Position numbers and translations under genes: made by a program. Shown piece by piece: positions 36,401-47,255 of a stretch of 64,000 nucleotides of DNA (its first letter is position 1; the number at the start of each line of letters is the position of its first letter). Source of the stretch: Gemmatimonadales bacterium (lineage in GTDB: Bacteria; Gemmatimonadota; Gemmatimonadetes; Gemmatimonadales; GWC2-71-9); contig DASWGV010000085.1 of the NCBI GenBank assembly GCA_036393515.1, positions 14,782 to 78,781 on the forward strand, written 5' to 3'. The notes under the pieces are model-generated. The model was not told where the DNA came from and searched no databases. It saw only the letters and a program-made list of their open reading frames with translations.

Positions 36401-36691
36401 GCCAGCTCCATAGCGATGTTCAGCGCGGTCTGGCCGCCCATGGTGGGCAGCAATGCGTCCGGACGCTCCCGCTCGATCACCCGCGCCACCCACTCCGGCG
36501 TCAGGGGCTCCACGTAGGTCCGGTCGGCGATCTCCGGATCCGTCATGATGGTCGCCGGATTGGAGTTCACCAGCACTACGCGATAGCCCTCCTCCCGCAG
36601 GGCTTTGATCGCTTGGGTGCCGGAGTAGTCGAACTCTGCGGCCTGCCCGATCACGATGGGCCCCGACCCCACGATGAGGATGGACTGCAGG

Positions 36692-36708
<17 letters not shown>
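33430..36708 (-). CDS. carB: carbamoyl-phosphate synthase large subunit
   Basis: [33 protein letters not shown], duplicated ATP-grasp halves and an MGS-like C-terminus. Confidence 0.97.
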
Positions 36709-38694
<1,986 letters not shown>

Positions 38695-38701
38695 TCATTC
38701 A

Positions 38702-38911
38702 ATGGCCAGAGTCTGTGACGTCTGCGGCAAGGGGCCGCGGGCTGGGCATAACGTCAGTCACGCCAACAACAAGACGCCGCGCCGCTGGTACCCCAACCTC
38801 CAGCGGGTGCGCGTCCTGGTGGACGGCCAGCCCCGGCGGATCCGAGCCTGCACTCAGTGCATCAAGTCGCACCGCATCACCAAGGCGCCCCGCGCCGCCG
38901 CAATCGCCTAA
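38702..38911 (+). CDS. rpmB: 50S ribosomal protein L28
   Basis: [34 protein letters not shown], a typical L28 sequence. Confidence 0.95.
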   Translation: MARVCDVCGKGPRAGHNVSHANNKTPRRWYPNLQRVRVLVDGQPRRIRACTQCIKSHRITKAPRAAAIA

Positions 38912-38937
38912 AAAAACGGGGACCCAAGGGCCCCCGT
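38910..38937 (-). terminator. rho-independent terminator of the rpoA-rplQ operon, possibly bidirectional with rpmB
   Basis: Minus strand: ACGGGGGCCC-TT-GGGTCCCCGT followed by TTTTTTT. It lies 26 nt after the rplQ stop. On the plus strand the same hairpin directly follows the rpmB TAA. Confidence 0.7.
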
Positions 38938-38962
38938 CGCGTCGTCGCTCCGCCGGCTCCAC

Positions 38963-39319
38963 CTACGCCGACAGCAGTTCAATCCGCGCGAGCTCGGCGC
39001 CGTCCCCAGGACGGTGACCGAGCTTGACGATACGGGTGTAGCCACCCGGCCGCGCCGCGAACCGTGGTCCCAATTCCCGGAACAGCCGCTGCGCCACCTC
39101 TCGGTCCTTGATCCGGCGCTCCACTTGGCGCCGCGCGTGCAGATCCCCGCGCCGAGCAAGCGTGATCAGCCGCTCGACATAGGGGCGCAGCTCCTTGGCC
39201 TTGGCTTCCGTGGTGACCACACGTTCGTGGGCCAGAAGTGAGGTCGCCATGTTGGCCAGGAGGGCCCGCCGGTGACTGGCCGTCCGACTCAGCTGGCGGT
39301 CGCGGGCGCGGTGCCGCAC
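38963..39319 (-). CDS. rplQ: 50S ribosomal protein L17
   Basis: MRHRARDRQLSRTASHRRALLANMATSLL...TTEAKAKELRPYVERLIT. Confidence 0.95.
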   Translation of the reverse strand: MRHRARDRQLSRTASHRRALLANMATSLLAHERVVTTEAKAKELRPYVERLITLARRGDLHARRQVERRIKDREVAQRLFRELGPRFAARPGGYTRIVKLGHRPGDGAELARIELLSA

Positions 39320-40378
39320 CTAGCCCTCGGCCTCGGCCAGGGCGGCCCCGGCGGCGGTCGGAGGCGTGCCGGCATTGCGCACCAGCAGCTCGCCGCCCAC
39401 GTCTTCGAACTCCATGCCGAAGTTCAGCCGCTCGCGGCGCAGCAGGTCGCCGATCTCGGCCAGCGCCTTTTCGCCGACGTTCTTCACCTTCAGCATGTCG
39501 TCTTCGGAGTACCGCACCAGGTCGCCCAGCGTATTGATGTTGGAGTTCTTGAGCGAGTTGATGGAGCGCACCGACAGGCCGCACTCGTCGATGGGCTTGG
39601 CCAGCAGGTCGCGCAGACCTGCGCCGTCCCGACCGCCCGCCGGCGCTGCCGCCGGGGCAAGCATGGGCACACGCCCGAAGTCGACGAAGTAGCGGAAGTG
39701 CTCCTGCAGGAGGGCCGCGCCGTAGGCCACTGCGTCCTCCGGCGAGATGGTACCGTTGGTCTCCACCGACAGGGTCAGCCGGTCGAAGTCGGTCCGCTGG
39801 CCCACCCGGGTCTCCGCCACCGTGAAGTTGGCTCGGCGTACCGGGTTGTAAATCGCATCAATCCGCACCAGGTCCACCGGGAGCGAGCGGTCCGCGGGAT
39901 GCTGTGAGGCCTCCACGTACCCGCGCCCTTTGTTCACGTGCAACTCGCCGGAGAGGTCCCGGTCCTCCTGCAGCGTGAACAGGTGGTAATCGGGCTGGAC
40001 CACGGTCACCGACCCGTGCGGCTCGATGTCCCGGGCGTACACCGGCCCGGCCTTGGTGAGGCGGATATGCAGGACCGCCTCATCCACTTCCGGCGTCAAC
40101 ACCAACGTGAGGGACTTCAGGCGGGCAATGATCTGGTGAATATCCTCCACCACACCAGGTACCGTCTGGTGCTCGTGCACCACGCCGTCGAGGCGGAACG
40201 CCCAGACGGCCGCACCGCGGAGCGAGGACAGGAGCATGCGCCGCAGAGCGTTCCCCAGCGTGTATCCGAAACCCCGCTCCAGCGGCTGCAGCCGGAACTC
40301 CGCGGCGAACGGATGGTCCTCCCGCTTGGTCATCTCGACGACGTGCGGCTGGACAAGACCGATCAGATCAATGGGCAT
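39320..40378 (-). CDS. rpoA: DNA-directed RNA polymerase alpha subunit
   Basis: The ATG at 40378 gives MPIDLIGLVQPHVV.... GYTLGNALRRMLLSS motif. C-terminal domain with LSVRSINSLKNSNINTLGDLV. Confidence 0.95.
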   Translation of the reverse strand: MPIDLIGLVQPHVVEMTKREDHPFAAEFRLQPLERGFGYTLGNALRRMLLSSLRGAAVWAFRLDGVVHEHQTVPGVVEDIHQIIARLKSLTLVLTPEVDEAVLHIRLTKAGPVYARDIEPHGSVTVVQPDYHLFTLQEDRDLSGELHVNKGRGYVEASQHPADRSLPVDLVRIDAIYNPVRRANFTVAETRVGQRTDFDRLTLSVETNGTISPEDAVAYGAALLQEHFRYFVDFGRVPMLAPAAAPAGGRDGAGLRDLLAKPIDECGLSVRSINSLKNSNINTLGDLVRYSEDDMLKVKNVGEKALAEIGDLLRRERLNFGMEFEDVGGELLVRNAGTPPTAAGAALAEAEG

Positions 40379-40380
40379 GG

Positions 40381-41016
40381 CTACTTCGAGTAGAGTTCGA
40401 CAATGAGCTGCTCTTGCGCCGCGACGGGAATAGCGTCGCGGGTGGGCCGCTCCGTGATCTTGCCAGCGGCTTTGTCGGCGTCCACCGCGATCCACGGCAC
40501 CGGGGTGGCTCGCGACAATGCCGCCAAGGACGCCTGCACCGACACCAGCTCCCGGCTCCCGGGCGCGACCCGTATTTCGTCCCGCGCCTCCAGCCGATAG
40601 GACGGCACGTTCACCGACTGGCCGTTCACCTCGACGTGCCGGTGACGCACCAGCTGACGGGCCGCCGACCGACTCGGCGCGAAGCCCATGCGGTAGACGA
40701 TGTTGTCGAGCCGGGTTTCAAGTGCGATAAGCAAATTGTCACCGGTCACACCGGGCTCGTGGCGCACCCGATCAAACAGGTTGCGGAACTGCCGCTCGGT
40801 GAGACCGTAAATGCGTTTGACCTTCTGCTTTTCTCTCAGCTGCTTGGCATACTCCGAGGTTTTCCGGCGGCGTGCGGTGGACTGGCCGTGCTGTCCCGGC
40901 GCGTACGCGCGCCGTTCCACGGCGCACTTCTCCGTGAGGCAGCGGGCGCCTTTGAGGAACAGTTTGGTGCCCTCGCGCCGGCAAAGGCGGCAGACCGGAC
41001 CCGTGTGCCGAGCCAT
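40381..41016 (-). CDS. rpsD: 30S ribosomal protein S4
   Basis: The ATG at 41016 gives MARHTGPVCRLCRREGTKLFLKG.... Confidence 0.95.
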   Translation of the reverse strand: MARHTGPVCRLCRREGTKLFLKGARCLTEKCAVERRAYAPGQHGQSTARRRKTSEYAKQLREKQKVKRIYGLTERQFRNLFDRVRHEPGVTGDNLLIALETRLDNIVYRMGFAPSRSAARQLVRHRHVEVNGQSVNVPSYRLEARDEIRVAPGSRELVSVQASLAALSRATPVPWIAVDADKAAGKITERPTRDAIPVAAQEQLIVELYSK

Positions 41017-41018
41017 GC

Positions 41019-41453
41019 CTACACCCGCCGCTTCTTGGGCGGCCGGCACCCGTTGTGCGGAATGGGGGTCACGTCACGGATGGACGCGATCTGCAGGCCC
41101 GCGGTGGCCAGCGCCTGGATGGCCGACTCGCGGCCCGACCCTGGACCCTGTACCCGCACGTGAACCCGGCGGACGCCCAGACCCACGGCCTCCCGGGCAC
41201 ACTGTTCGGCGGCGACCGTAGCGGCAAACGAGGTCGATTTCTTGGACCCCTTGAAGCCGGACTTGCCGGCCGAACCCCACGCCACCGTGTTGCCCTTGGA
41301 GTCCGTGATGGTCACCAGCGTGTTGTTGAAGGTGGCCGTCACGTAGGCAATGCCCTCGGACTCAACGACCTTCTTGGATCGCTTGACGGCCGGGGCGGCT
41401 GGCGTCGGCGCGGGCGTGACGCTGGGCGCCGGCGTTGGTGTGGTGTCTGCCAT
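41019..41453 (-). CDS. rpsK: 30S ribosomal protein S11
   Basis: [22 protein letters not shown]...[10 protein letters not shown]...[20 protein letters not shown]. Confidence 0.95.
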   Translation of the reverse strand: MADTTPTPAPSVTPAPTPAAPAVKRSKKVVESEGIAYVTATFNNTLVTITDSKGNTVAWGSAGKSGFKGSKKSTSFAATVAAEQCAREAVGLGVRRVHVRVQGPGSGRESAIQALATAGLQIASIRDVTPIPHNGCRPPKKRRV

Positions 41454-41454
41454 G

Positions 41455-41838
41455 CTACTTCTTCGCGATCACTTTCTTTTTCCCTGCGATGGCGCGCCGG
41501 GGCCCCTTCTTGGTCCGGGCATTGGTATGGGTTCGCTGGCCCCGCACCGGCAACCCCCGCTTATGACGCCCTCCGCGGTAACTCCCGATGTCCATGAGCC
41601 GCTTGATATTCATCGCGACTTCGGTGCGGAGCGCGCCCTCCACCTTCACCTCACGCTCGATCACCTGGCGCAGGCGCGCCACTTCGGCGTCGCTCAGGTC
41701 CCGCACGCGCGCGTCCGGATTCACGGCCGTCTTGTCCAGCACACGCCGGGACATGGGCAGGCCGATGCCGTAGATGTAAGTCAGGGCGGTCTCCACCCGC
41801 TTCTCGCGAGGCAGGTCTACCCCGGCGATACGTGCCAT
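41455..41838 (-). CDS. rpsM: 30S ribosomal protein S13
   Basis: [26 protein letters not shown].... Confidence 0.95.
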   Translation of the reverse strand: MARIAGVDLPREKRVETALTYIYGIGLPMSRRVLDKTAVNPDARVRDLSDAEVARLRQVIEREVKVEGALRTEVAMNIKRLMDIGSYRGGRHKRGLPVRGQRTHTNARTKKGPRRAIAGKKKVIAKK

Positions 41839-41841
41839 GCG

Positions 41842-41958
41842 TCAACCCTGCCGCTGTTTGTGTTTGGGGCTTCGTTTACAGATGACGAACGTGATCCCGC
41901 GGCGGCGCACCACCCGACAGTGTTCGCAAATAGGCTTCACGCTGGAGCGAACCTTCAA
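41842..41958 (-). CDS. rpmJ: 50S ribosomal protein L36
   Basis: TTG start at 41958, six nt after GGGAGG, gives (M)[37 protein letters not shown]. The longer ORF 41842..42093 over-extends it. Confidence 0.9.
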   Translation of the reverse strand: MKVRSSVKPICEHCRVVRRRGITFVICKRSPKHKQRQG

Positions 41959-41999
41959 AATGCGCCTCCCAAACCCACGGAGTTCCGGTCGAGTCTGGC

Positions 42000-42028
42000 A
42001 GTATAACCGGGCCCTAAACTCAAGGCAA
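42000..42028 (-). promoter_or_regulatory. sigma-70-type promoter for the rpmJ-rpsM-rpsK-rpsD-rpoA-rplQ operon (TTGCCT-N17-TATACT)
   Basis: Minus strand: TTGCCT 42028..42023, 17-nt spacer, TATACT 42005..42000, about 40 nt upstream of the rpmJ start. Confidence 0.55.
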
Positions 42029-42059
42029 GTGAGGGATTTACGGACCGGCCCGGACAGGC

Positions 42060-42488
42060 TCAGGGCACCACCCGGACTTCCCGCACCCGCCACTCCCCGC
42101 CCACAAATCTGAACCCCAGAAAAACCGTCTCCAGGCGCTCATCGGCGGTCCCCTCAATGACGAACCGGCGCTCGGTTTCGGCATACCCGTGGTCGTCCGC
42201 CGCCCGGCGCAGCGCCACCACCTCCAACGTTACCTCACGCGCCGCGCCCACATATCGGCCCAGGAGCCGTGCCGCCTGGCCCGGCTCGAGCGCCGCCGAA
42301 CGCGGCACGCCGGGAAGCTGGAGGCGGACGGTATCGCTGGCAGCAAACAGAGCCGCCAGATCGTGCCTCAACCAGGCGGCGCGGGCTCGCTCGGCCGCCT
42401 CTGCCAGACCCTCCTGCCCCAAGGGCCCCGCCAGCGGGAGGGTAATCAGGGCTATCACCCAGCCCATCCCTAGGAGCCCTCGGTTCAT
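42060..42488 (-). CDS. hypothetical secreted protein (small, possibly NTF2-like)
   Basis: The ATG at 42488 forms an ATGA overlap with the pyrF stop. [24 protein letters not shown] signal or anchor. No motif recognised. Confidence 0.55.
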   Translation of the reverse strand: MNRGLLGMGWVIALITLPLAGPLGQEGLAEAAERARAAWLRHDLAALFAASDTVRLQLPGVPRSAALEPGQAARLLGRYVGAAREVTLEVVALRRAADDHGYAETERRFVIEGTADERLETVFLGFRFVGGEWRVREVRVVP

Positions 42489-43162
42489 ACCACGTCCTGG
42501 CATATCGCCTGGTACACCTCAGCCGGGTCTTTCGCCTCGCGAACCGGCCGGCCGACCACCAGATGCGTGGCTCCCTGTGCCGCCGCCCACCCGGGCTCGG
42601 AGGTCCGTCGCTGATCGTCCGCCGGCGCGCCGGGAGACCGGATACCGGGCACGATGATCCACGATCCGGCCGGCATGACCCGCCGGACCGTGCTTATCTC
42701 GTGCGCCGAGCACACCACGCCGTCCGCCCCAGATCCGGCGGCGACCCGAGCAAGTCGCTCCACCTCCGCCTCCAAGTCCAGCATCGAGTGACCCAGCGCC
42801 GCGCTGAAACTCTGCGCCGTGTGCGAGGTGAGTACGGTAACCGCTGCCAACCGCACGCGGTGCCGGGCTTCGACGGCCGCGCCCATCATCGCCTCGCCAC
42901 CCAGCGCGTGGACCGTCACGAGGCTCACGCCCAGCCGATCTGCCGCCTTCACCGCCTCCGCCACGGTACTGGGGATATCGTGCCACTTGAAGTCGAGAAA
43001 CACCTGGACGCCGCGATCCTGAAAGCTTCGCACCAACGCCGGGCCTCCGTCCAGGAAGGTCACCGGGCCGAGCTTGGCCCACCGTAGGTCCGGAAGACGA
43101 TCCGCCAGGTTCAGGGCCTCCGTGGCGCTCGGCAGATCGAACGCCACGATGACCTCAGCCAC
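42485..43162 (-). CDS. pyrF: orotidine 5'-phosphate decarboxylase
   Basis: The GTG at 43162 gives VAEVIVAFDLPS.... The FLDFKWHDIPSTV motif contains the catalytic DxKxxD-type Lys. Confidence 0.9.
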   Translation of the reverse strand: MAEVIVAFDLPSATEALNLADRLPDLRWAKLGPVTFLDGGPALVRSFQDRGVQVFLDFKWHDIPSTVAEAVKAADRLGVSLVTVHALGGEAMMGAAVEARHRVRLAAVTVLTSHTAQSFSAALGHSMLDLEAEVERLARVAAGSGADGVVCSAHEISTVRRVMPAGSWIIVPGIRSPGAPADDQRRTSEPGWAAAQGATHLVVGRPVREAKDPAEVYQAICQDVV

Positions 43163-44051
43163 GCCGGTGTCCCCACGCCGCGACCAGTCGCTCGGGCACG
43201 CCTGGGTCTGCCAACGCGGCCGTTCCCACGCCGACCAGGACCGCCCCGGCGGCAAGGTACTGCTCCACGTCCTCCGGCCGCCGTACTCCGCCGACACCGA
43301 TCACCGGGCAGTCCACTCCCTCGGCGACGCGCCGAACCGCCAGGACACCTATGGCCAGCAGGGCGGGGCCGCTGACGCCCCCTTGCCCGTATCCCAGCCT
43401 GGGAGCGGCGGCCCCGGCGCCGGACCAACGATACAGGGTCCCGGGAATGGTGTTGACCACCGAAATGCCGTCGGCGCCGGCCCGCACGGCCACCTGAGCC
43501 GTTCGAGCTATGTTGGAGAGCGTGGGCGCCAGCTTGGCAATCAACGGCTTGGCCGTCACGGGCCGGCAGGCCTGAACCAGCTCGGAGAGCACGCCGTCGT
43601 CCGCCCCGAACTCCTCCCCCCCCCGGGCCGTATTGGGGCATGACACATTGAGCTCCAGCGCGCTCACGATCGCCTGATCCGCGAGCCGCCCCACCACCGC
43701 CGCGTAGTCCGCTACCGTGGAGCCAACGACGTTCACGATGACCCGCGCGTTGCGCAACCGATCACGCAGCCAGGGAAGGTCCTCGTTCACCACCCGCTCG
43801 ACACCGGGGTTGGCCAAACCCACCGCGTTCAGCATCCCGCCGGCAAATTCAGCGACGCGCGGGGCTGGATGGCCCGGGCGAGGCTCACGGCTGACGGCCT
43901 TGGTGACGATGCCACCCAACGTGTCCAAACGAATGACGCCCGCCACTTCGCGACCGAAGCCCGCTGTGCCGGCCGCGAGCAAAATGGGATTCTGGAAGGT
44001 GGTGCCAAACGCGTGAATGGGCGTGGGCAGGGACGGGAGCGAGCCCGTCAG
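43155..44051 (-). CDS. pyrD: dihydroorotate dehydrogenase, class 1 catalytic subunit
   Basis: GGIVTKAVSREPRPGHPAPR, NAVGLANPG, ELNVSCPN motifs. The conserved N-terminus (IHAFGTTFQNPILLAAGTAGFG) extends upstream of the track's TTG 43982. The only in-frame candidates are CTG 44051 (GGGAG three nt upstream) or CTG 44030. Confidence 0.85.
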   Translation of the reverse strand: MTGSLPSLPTPIHAFGTTFQNPILLAAGTAGFGREVAGVIRLDTLGGIVTKAVSREPRPGHPAPRVAEFAGGMLNAVGLANPGVERVVNEDLPWLRDRLRNARVIVNVVGSTVADYAAVVGRLADQAIVSALELNVSCPNTARGGEEFGADDGVLSELVQACRPVTAKPLIAKLAPTLSNIARTAQVAVRAGADGISVVNTIPGTLYRWSGAGAAAPRLGYGQGGVSGPALLAIGVLAVRRVAEGVDCPVIGVGGVRRPEDVEQYLAAGAVLVGVGTAALADPGVPERLVAAWGHRRG

Positions 44052-44071
44052 GGGCTCCCGGGGTGCAGCCC

Positions 44072-45298
44072 TCAGGGGATCCCGTCGGCGAGCTTGCGCT
44101 CGTATTGTGCCAAGTACTCGATAATGCCGTCGGCGATGGCCCGCGCGAGCCGGCGTTGGCCCTCGCCAGACGCCAGGAATTGTCCATCCTCGCGATTGGT
44201 GCTGAACCCGGTCTCGACCAGAATGGCGGGGCGGCGCGCCCAGCCCAGCACGGCAAAGCGGGCCTGTGATACGCCCCGATCGCCTCCGGGGTGCCCCCGG
44301 GCCCCCTGGCGCTGCACCGCCTCGGCCAGCGCGGCGGACTCCCGCAGGTACTCATTGGTCTGGAGGTCCTTCAGGATGAACGCAAAGTCGTTGTCGTCCG
44401 CCGGGTCCCGATCGGTTTCGTACCGAAGGGCTTCGTTCTCCATTTCGGCCACTCGGCGCGCCTCCGCCGTCCGTGCTTCATCGAGGAAATAGGTTTCAAA
44501 CCCCTGCACGGCTCGATAATCGCCGCGGCGCGGGAGGCTGTTCACGTGGAGGCTCACGAACACGTCGCAGGAGCCGCCGCAACGCTCGGCCCGGTCGCGA
44601 AAATCAATGAGCGTGTCCGTGGAGCGGGTCATGATCACCGTGATCCCGCGGCTCAACAACTCAGCCCTGAGGAGGCGCGCCATAGACAGGGTCACGTCTT
44701 TTTCCCGCACGCCGCGCGGGAAAAACAGGCCGGGATTCCCGGGATCCACTCCACCGTGTCCCGCGTCCACCACCACGGTGTGAGGACGGCGCAGGGGCGG
44801 TTTTGGGATCGGACCGGTGGCGCGGGGAGCGGCCCGCGCGGGCGCCGCGGCGACGGGGGTGGTGGTGACGGTCGGTGTAAGGGCCGCCTCTTCGAACCGG
44901 GCCGCCAGCGGGTCATACCGATAGGCTTCGCTCAGGACCCGGGGGACGTACTCGCTCAGCCATTGCAGCGGCACGAACAGGGTGTCACTCGCAACGTACG
45001 CCCCGCCGGCCAGGGGGACGATCCGGCCATCGAACTCAAAGAGCGGGGCGCCCAACAGGAACCGGAAACCCCGGCCCCCCAGCGCGACCCGGGCCCAATC
45101 CTCACCCACGTCCAACGTGAGCGGGAGCACAGGGCGGAGCCTGGCAGCCGCCAGCACCGGATGTCCGCGATCCGTCCGGACGGGCACCACCACCTCCCCG
45201 CGAGCCGTCGCGACAGTCACGACCCCGGGGACAACCGGTTTGGGCCCTTCCAGCACGCCCGCAGCCGCCAGTAGCAGGCCCACCAAACGCATGGTCAC
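44072..45298 (-). CDS. N-acetylmuramoyl-L-alanine amidase (Amidase_3 family) with N-terminal targeting domain
   Basis: Signal peptide MRLVGLLLAAAG. Catalytic region VVVDAGHGGVDPG...VFVSLHVNS...VLVETGFSTN. Confidence 0.85.
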   Translation of the reverse strand: MTMRLVGLLLAAAGVLEGPKPVVPGVVTVATARGEVVVPVRTDRGHPVLAAARLRPVLPLTLDVGEDWARVALGGRGFRFLLGAPLFEFDGRIVPLAGGAYVASDTLFVPLQWLSEYVPRVLSEAYRYDPLAARFEEAALTPTVTTTPVAAAPARAAPRATGPIPKPPLRRPHTVVVDAGHGGVDPGNPGLFFPRGVREKDVTLSMARLLRAELLSRGITVIMTRSTDTLIDFRDRAERCGGSCDVFVSLHVNSLPRRGDYRAVQGFETYFLDEARTAEARRVAEMENEALRYETDRDPADDNDFAFILKDLQTNEYLRESAALAEAVQRQGARGHPGGDRGVSQARFAVLGWARRPAILVETGFSTNREDGQFLASGEGQRRLARAIADGIIEYLAQYERKLADGIP

Positions 45299-45774
45299 GT
45301 TCGGCGGCTCATGGCGCGGGCGACCTCTCGCTCGGCGTCCTTGCGCCGCAGGTCCTCGCGCTTGTCGTGTTGCTTCTTGCCCCGAGCCAGCGCCAGCGCG
45401 ACCTTGGCGCGGCCGCGCACCACGTGGAGGTCCAGCGGCACCAGGGTCAACCCCCGCTGCTCAACCGAGCCGATCAACCGGCGAATCTCACGCCGGTGCA
45501 ACAACAGCTTGCGCGGCCGCAGCGGATCATGGCCTGCATAGCCGCTCGATTCGTAAGGGGCCACGTGCATTCCTTCAAGCCACACCTCTCCCCGGCGGAC
45601 CACGCCAAAGGACTCTTTGAGACTCACCCGCCCGGCCCTGACGGACTTCACCTCGGTCCCGGTGAGGACCAGCCCACATTCCCAGGTCTCGAGTATGTGA
45701 TAGTCATGCCGGGCCTTGGGGTTCCTGGCGAGAACCTGGGCGGAGTCCCGCTCCGGTTGCGAGCGTCGTGACAC
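45295..45774 (-). CDS. smpB: SsrA-binding protein
   Basis: NPKARHDYHILETWECGLVLTGTEVKS...RPRKLLLHRREI. GTG start. Confidence 0.95.
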   Translation of the reverse strand: MSRRSQPERDSAQVLARNPKARHDYHILETWECGLVLTGTEVKSVRAGRVSLKESFGVVRRGEVWLEGMHVAPYESSGYAGHDPLRPRKLLLHRREIRRLIGSVEQRGLTLVPLDLHVVRGRAKVALALARGKKQHDKREDLRRKDAEREVARAMSRRT

Positions 45775-45785
45775 GGTGTAAGTCC

Positions 45786-45814
45786 AAGATAGGGAACCGC
45801 TTCCACCCGGTCAA
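45786..45814 (-). promoter_or_regulatory. sigma-70-type promoter for smpB (TTGACC-N17-TATCTT), very short leader
   Basis: Minus strand: TTGACC 45814..45809, 17-nt spacer, TATCTT 45791..45786. The -10 ends 11 nt before GTG 45774 and there is no Shine-Dalgarno in between. Confidence 0.5.
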
Positions 45815-45824
45815 GAAACAGGTG

Positions 45825-45853
45825 TTGACGGGCCTTTGGCCCCGTGCGACTAT
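45825..45853 (+). promoter_or_regulatory. candidate promoter for tRNA-Leu (TTGACG-N17-GACTAT)
   Basis: TTGACG 45825-45830, with a weak -10-like GACTAT at 45848-45853, about 28 nt upstream of the tRNA 5' end. Divergent from the smpB promoter. Confidence 0.3.
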
Positions 45854-45880
45854 TCGGCGCGCCCCGCCTGGGACGCCCTC

Positions 45881-45964
45881 GCCGAAGTGGTGGAACTGGT
45901 AGACGCGCTGCGTTCAGGGCGCAGTGGGCAATAGCCCGTGGGGGTTCGAATCCCCCCTTCGGCA
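45881..45964 (+). tRNA. tRNA-Leu(CAG): tRNA-Leu (anticodon CAG), class II with long variable arm; CCA not encoded
   Basis: Acceptor GCCGAAG/CTTCGGC plus discriminator A. Anticodon stem CTGCG/CGCAG with loop TTCAGGG. Variable arm TGGGCAATAGCCCGT. T-arm GGGGG-TTCGAAT-CCCCC. Closely parallels E. coli tRNA-Leu(CAG). Confidence 0.95.
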
Positions 45965-46051
45965 TCACACGGATATCGCAGCAATCAATAGACTACGCAG
46001 AGGGTCCGTCGCCTCGCATTCCCGCAGCGAGTGACGCGTGGGTATCTGCGA

Positions 46052-47245
46052 CTAGTATCGGGGCATGTCCGGCTCTATTTCCCTGGCCCAGGCATCGATC
46101 CCGCCCTCCAGGTGGCGCACGCCGGCGAACCCGGCGGCGTTCAGGAGCTCCATGGCGCGGCGTGACCGGGCGCCCGTGTGGCAATAAACCACCAGGCTGC
46201 TCCGCCCATTCAGTTCGGCGAGCCGGCTGGGCAGTTGGACCACCGGGATGAGTTCCGCATCGGGAAGCCGGCAGATCTCCCACTCAAACGGCTCGCGCAC
46301 ATCCAGCAAACGCGGTCGGTCCGCGCCCTGGAGCTCGTCCGCCAAGCCCCGCGCCGAGATCGAGCCCGGGGGCATCGAACTGAGGGAGGCTCCACAAAAC
46401 GCCTCGTAGTCAATCAGCTCCCGCACCGTCGGCTGGGATCCGCAGGCGGGGCAGTCCGGGTCTCGCTGGACGGCGATCTCGCGAAACCGTCCGGTAAACC
46501 CATCGAAGAGCAGGAGTCGGCCGACCAGCGGGTCTCCCCGACCCAGCACCAGCTTCATGGCTTCCAACGCTTGGAGGCTCCCGATCACACCCGGGAGGGC
46601 GCCGAGTACCCCACCCTCGGCGCAGGACGGCACCAGCTCCGGCGGCGGCGGATCGCGGTACAGACAGCGGTAGCAAGGACCCTGAGCGTGGGCAAACACG
46701 GAGACCTGGCCATCGAACCGGAAGATGGCGCCGTACACGTACGGGCGGCCGGTGAGGACGCAGGCATCGTTCACCAGATAGCGCGTGGGGAAGTTGTCGC
46801 TGCCGTCCACCACCAGGTCAAACCGGCTGACGAGCGCCAGTGCATTCTGGCTGGTCAGACGCTCCTCCACCGTCTCCAGGTGAACCTGGGGATTAAGGTC
46901 GGCCAGCCGCTCCCGCGCCGACGCGGTCTTGGGCCGACCCACGTCGGATGTGCCATGCAGGATCTGGCGCTGCAGGTTGGTGACATCCACCCGGTCGGCA
47001 TCCACCAGCCCGATCGTGCCCACCCCGGCCGCGGCCAGATAGAGGGCGACGGGCGACCCGAGTCCGCCGGCGCCGACCACGAGGATGCGCGCGGAACGCA
47101 GGCGGCGCTGGCCCTCCTCGCCTACCTGCGGGAGCGCCAAGTGTCGCGCGTAGCGGACCAGCTCGTCCTGGGAGAACGGGGCCACCCCTGGAGCGCGGGC
47201 CGCACCGGTGCGATCGATCATGGGTGGGGAAATCTCGGGCCGCAC
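46052..47245 (-). CDS. moeZ: ThiF/MoeB-family adenylyltransferase with C-terminal rhodanese domain (MoeZ/MoeBR-like)
   Basis: VVGAGGLGSPVALYLAAAGVG, DADRVDVTNLQRQ, CxxC pairs, rhodanese active-site loop VVYCHTGARS. Start is GTG 47245 or ATG 47221. Confidence 0.85.
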   Translation of the reverse strand: MRPEISPPMIDRTGAARAPGVAPFSQDELVRYARHLALPQVGEEGQRRLRSARILVVGAGGLGSPVALYLAAAGVGTIGLVDADRVDVTNLQRQILHGTSDVGRPKTASARERLADLNPQVHLETVEERLTSQNALALVSRFDLVVDGSDNFPTRYLVNDACVLTGRPYVYGAIFRFDGQVSVFAHAQGPCYRCLYRDPPPPELVPSCAEGGVLGALPGVIGSLQALEAMKLVLGRGDPLVGRLLLFDGFTGRFREIAVQRDPDCPACGSQPTVRELIDYEAFCGASLSSMPPGSISARGLADELQGADRPRLLDVREPFEWEICRLPDAELIPVVQLPSRLAELNGRSSLVVYCHTGARSRRAMELLNAAGFAGVRHLEGGIDAWAREIEPDMPRY

Positions 47246-47255
47246 ATGGTGCGCG

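Noticed and set aside
41959-42059. Expected infA/map/adk/secY upstream of rpmJ
   Set aside because: Not present. The 100-bp gap holds a good promoter instead, so the rpmJ-rplQ unit is simply detached from the larger ribosomal cluster.
43155-43982. Possibility that pyrD is a 5'-truncated pseudogene
   Set aside because: The frame remains open, and the upstream codons encode the conserved N-terminal block. A non-canonical start is the simpler explanation.
46007-46036. Imperfect hairpin CGTCGCCTCGC...GCGAGTGACG between tRNA-Leu and the moeZ-like stop
   Set aside because: It could be a bidirectional terminator, but the stem has a bulge and neither strand has a U-tract. Not reported as a feature.
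45775-46051. Looked for tmRNA (ssrA) next to smpB
   Set aside because: Only an 84-nt tRNA-Leu fits. The remaining gaps (about 105 and 87 nt) are far too short for a tmRNA and lack a tRNA-Ala-like acceptor/tag region.
45881-47245. tRNA-Leu as an integration site for a genomic island
   Set aside because: There is no integrase, no visible direct repeat of the tRNA 3' half, and no compositional shift. The downstream genes (moeZ-like, aspA, trxB) are housekeeping.
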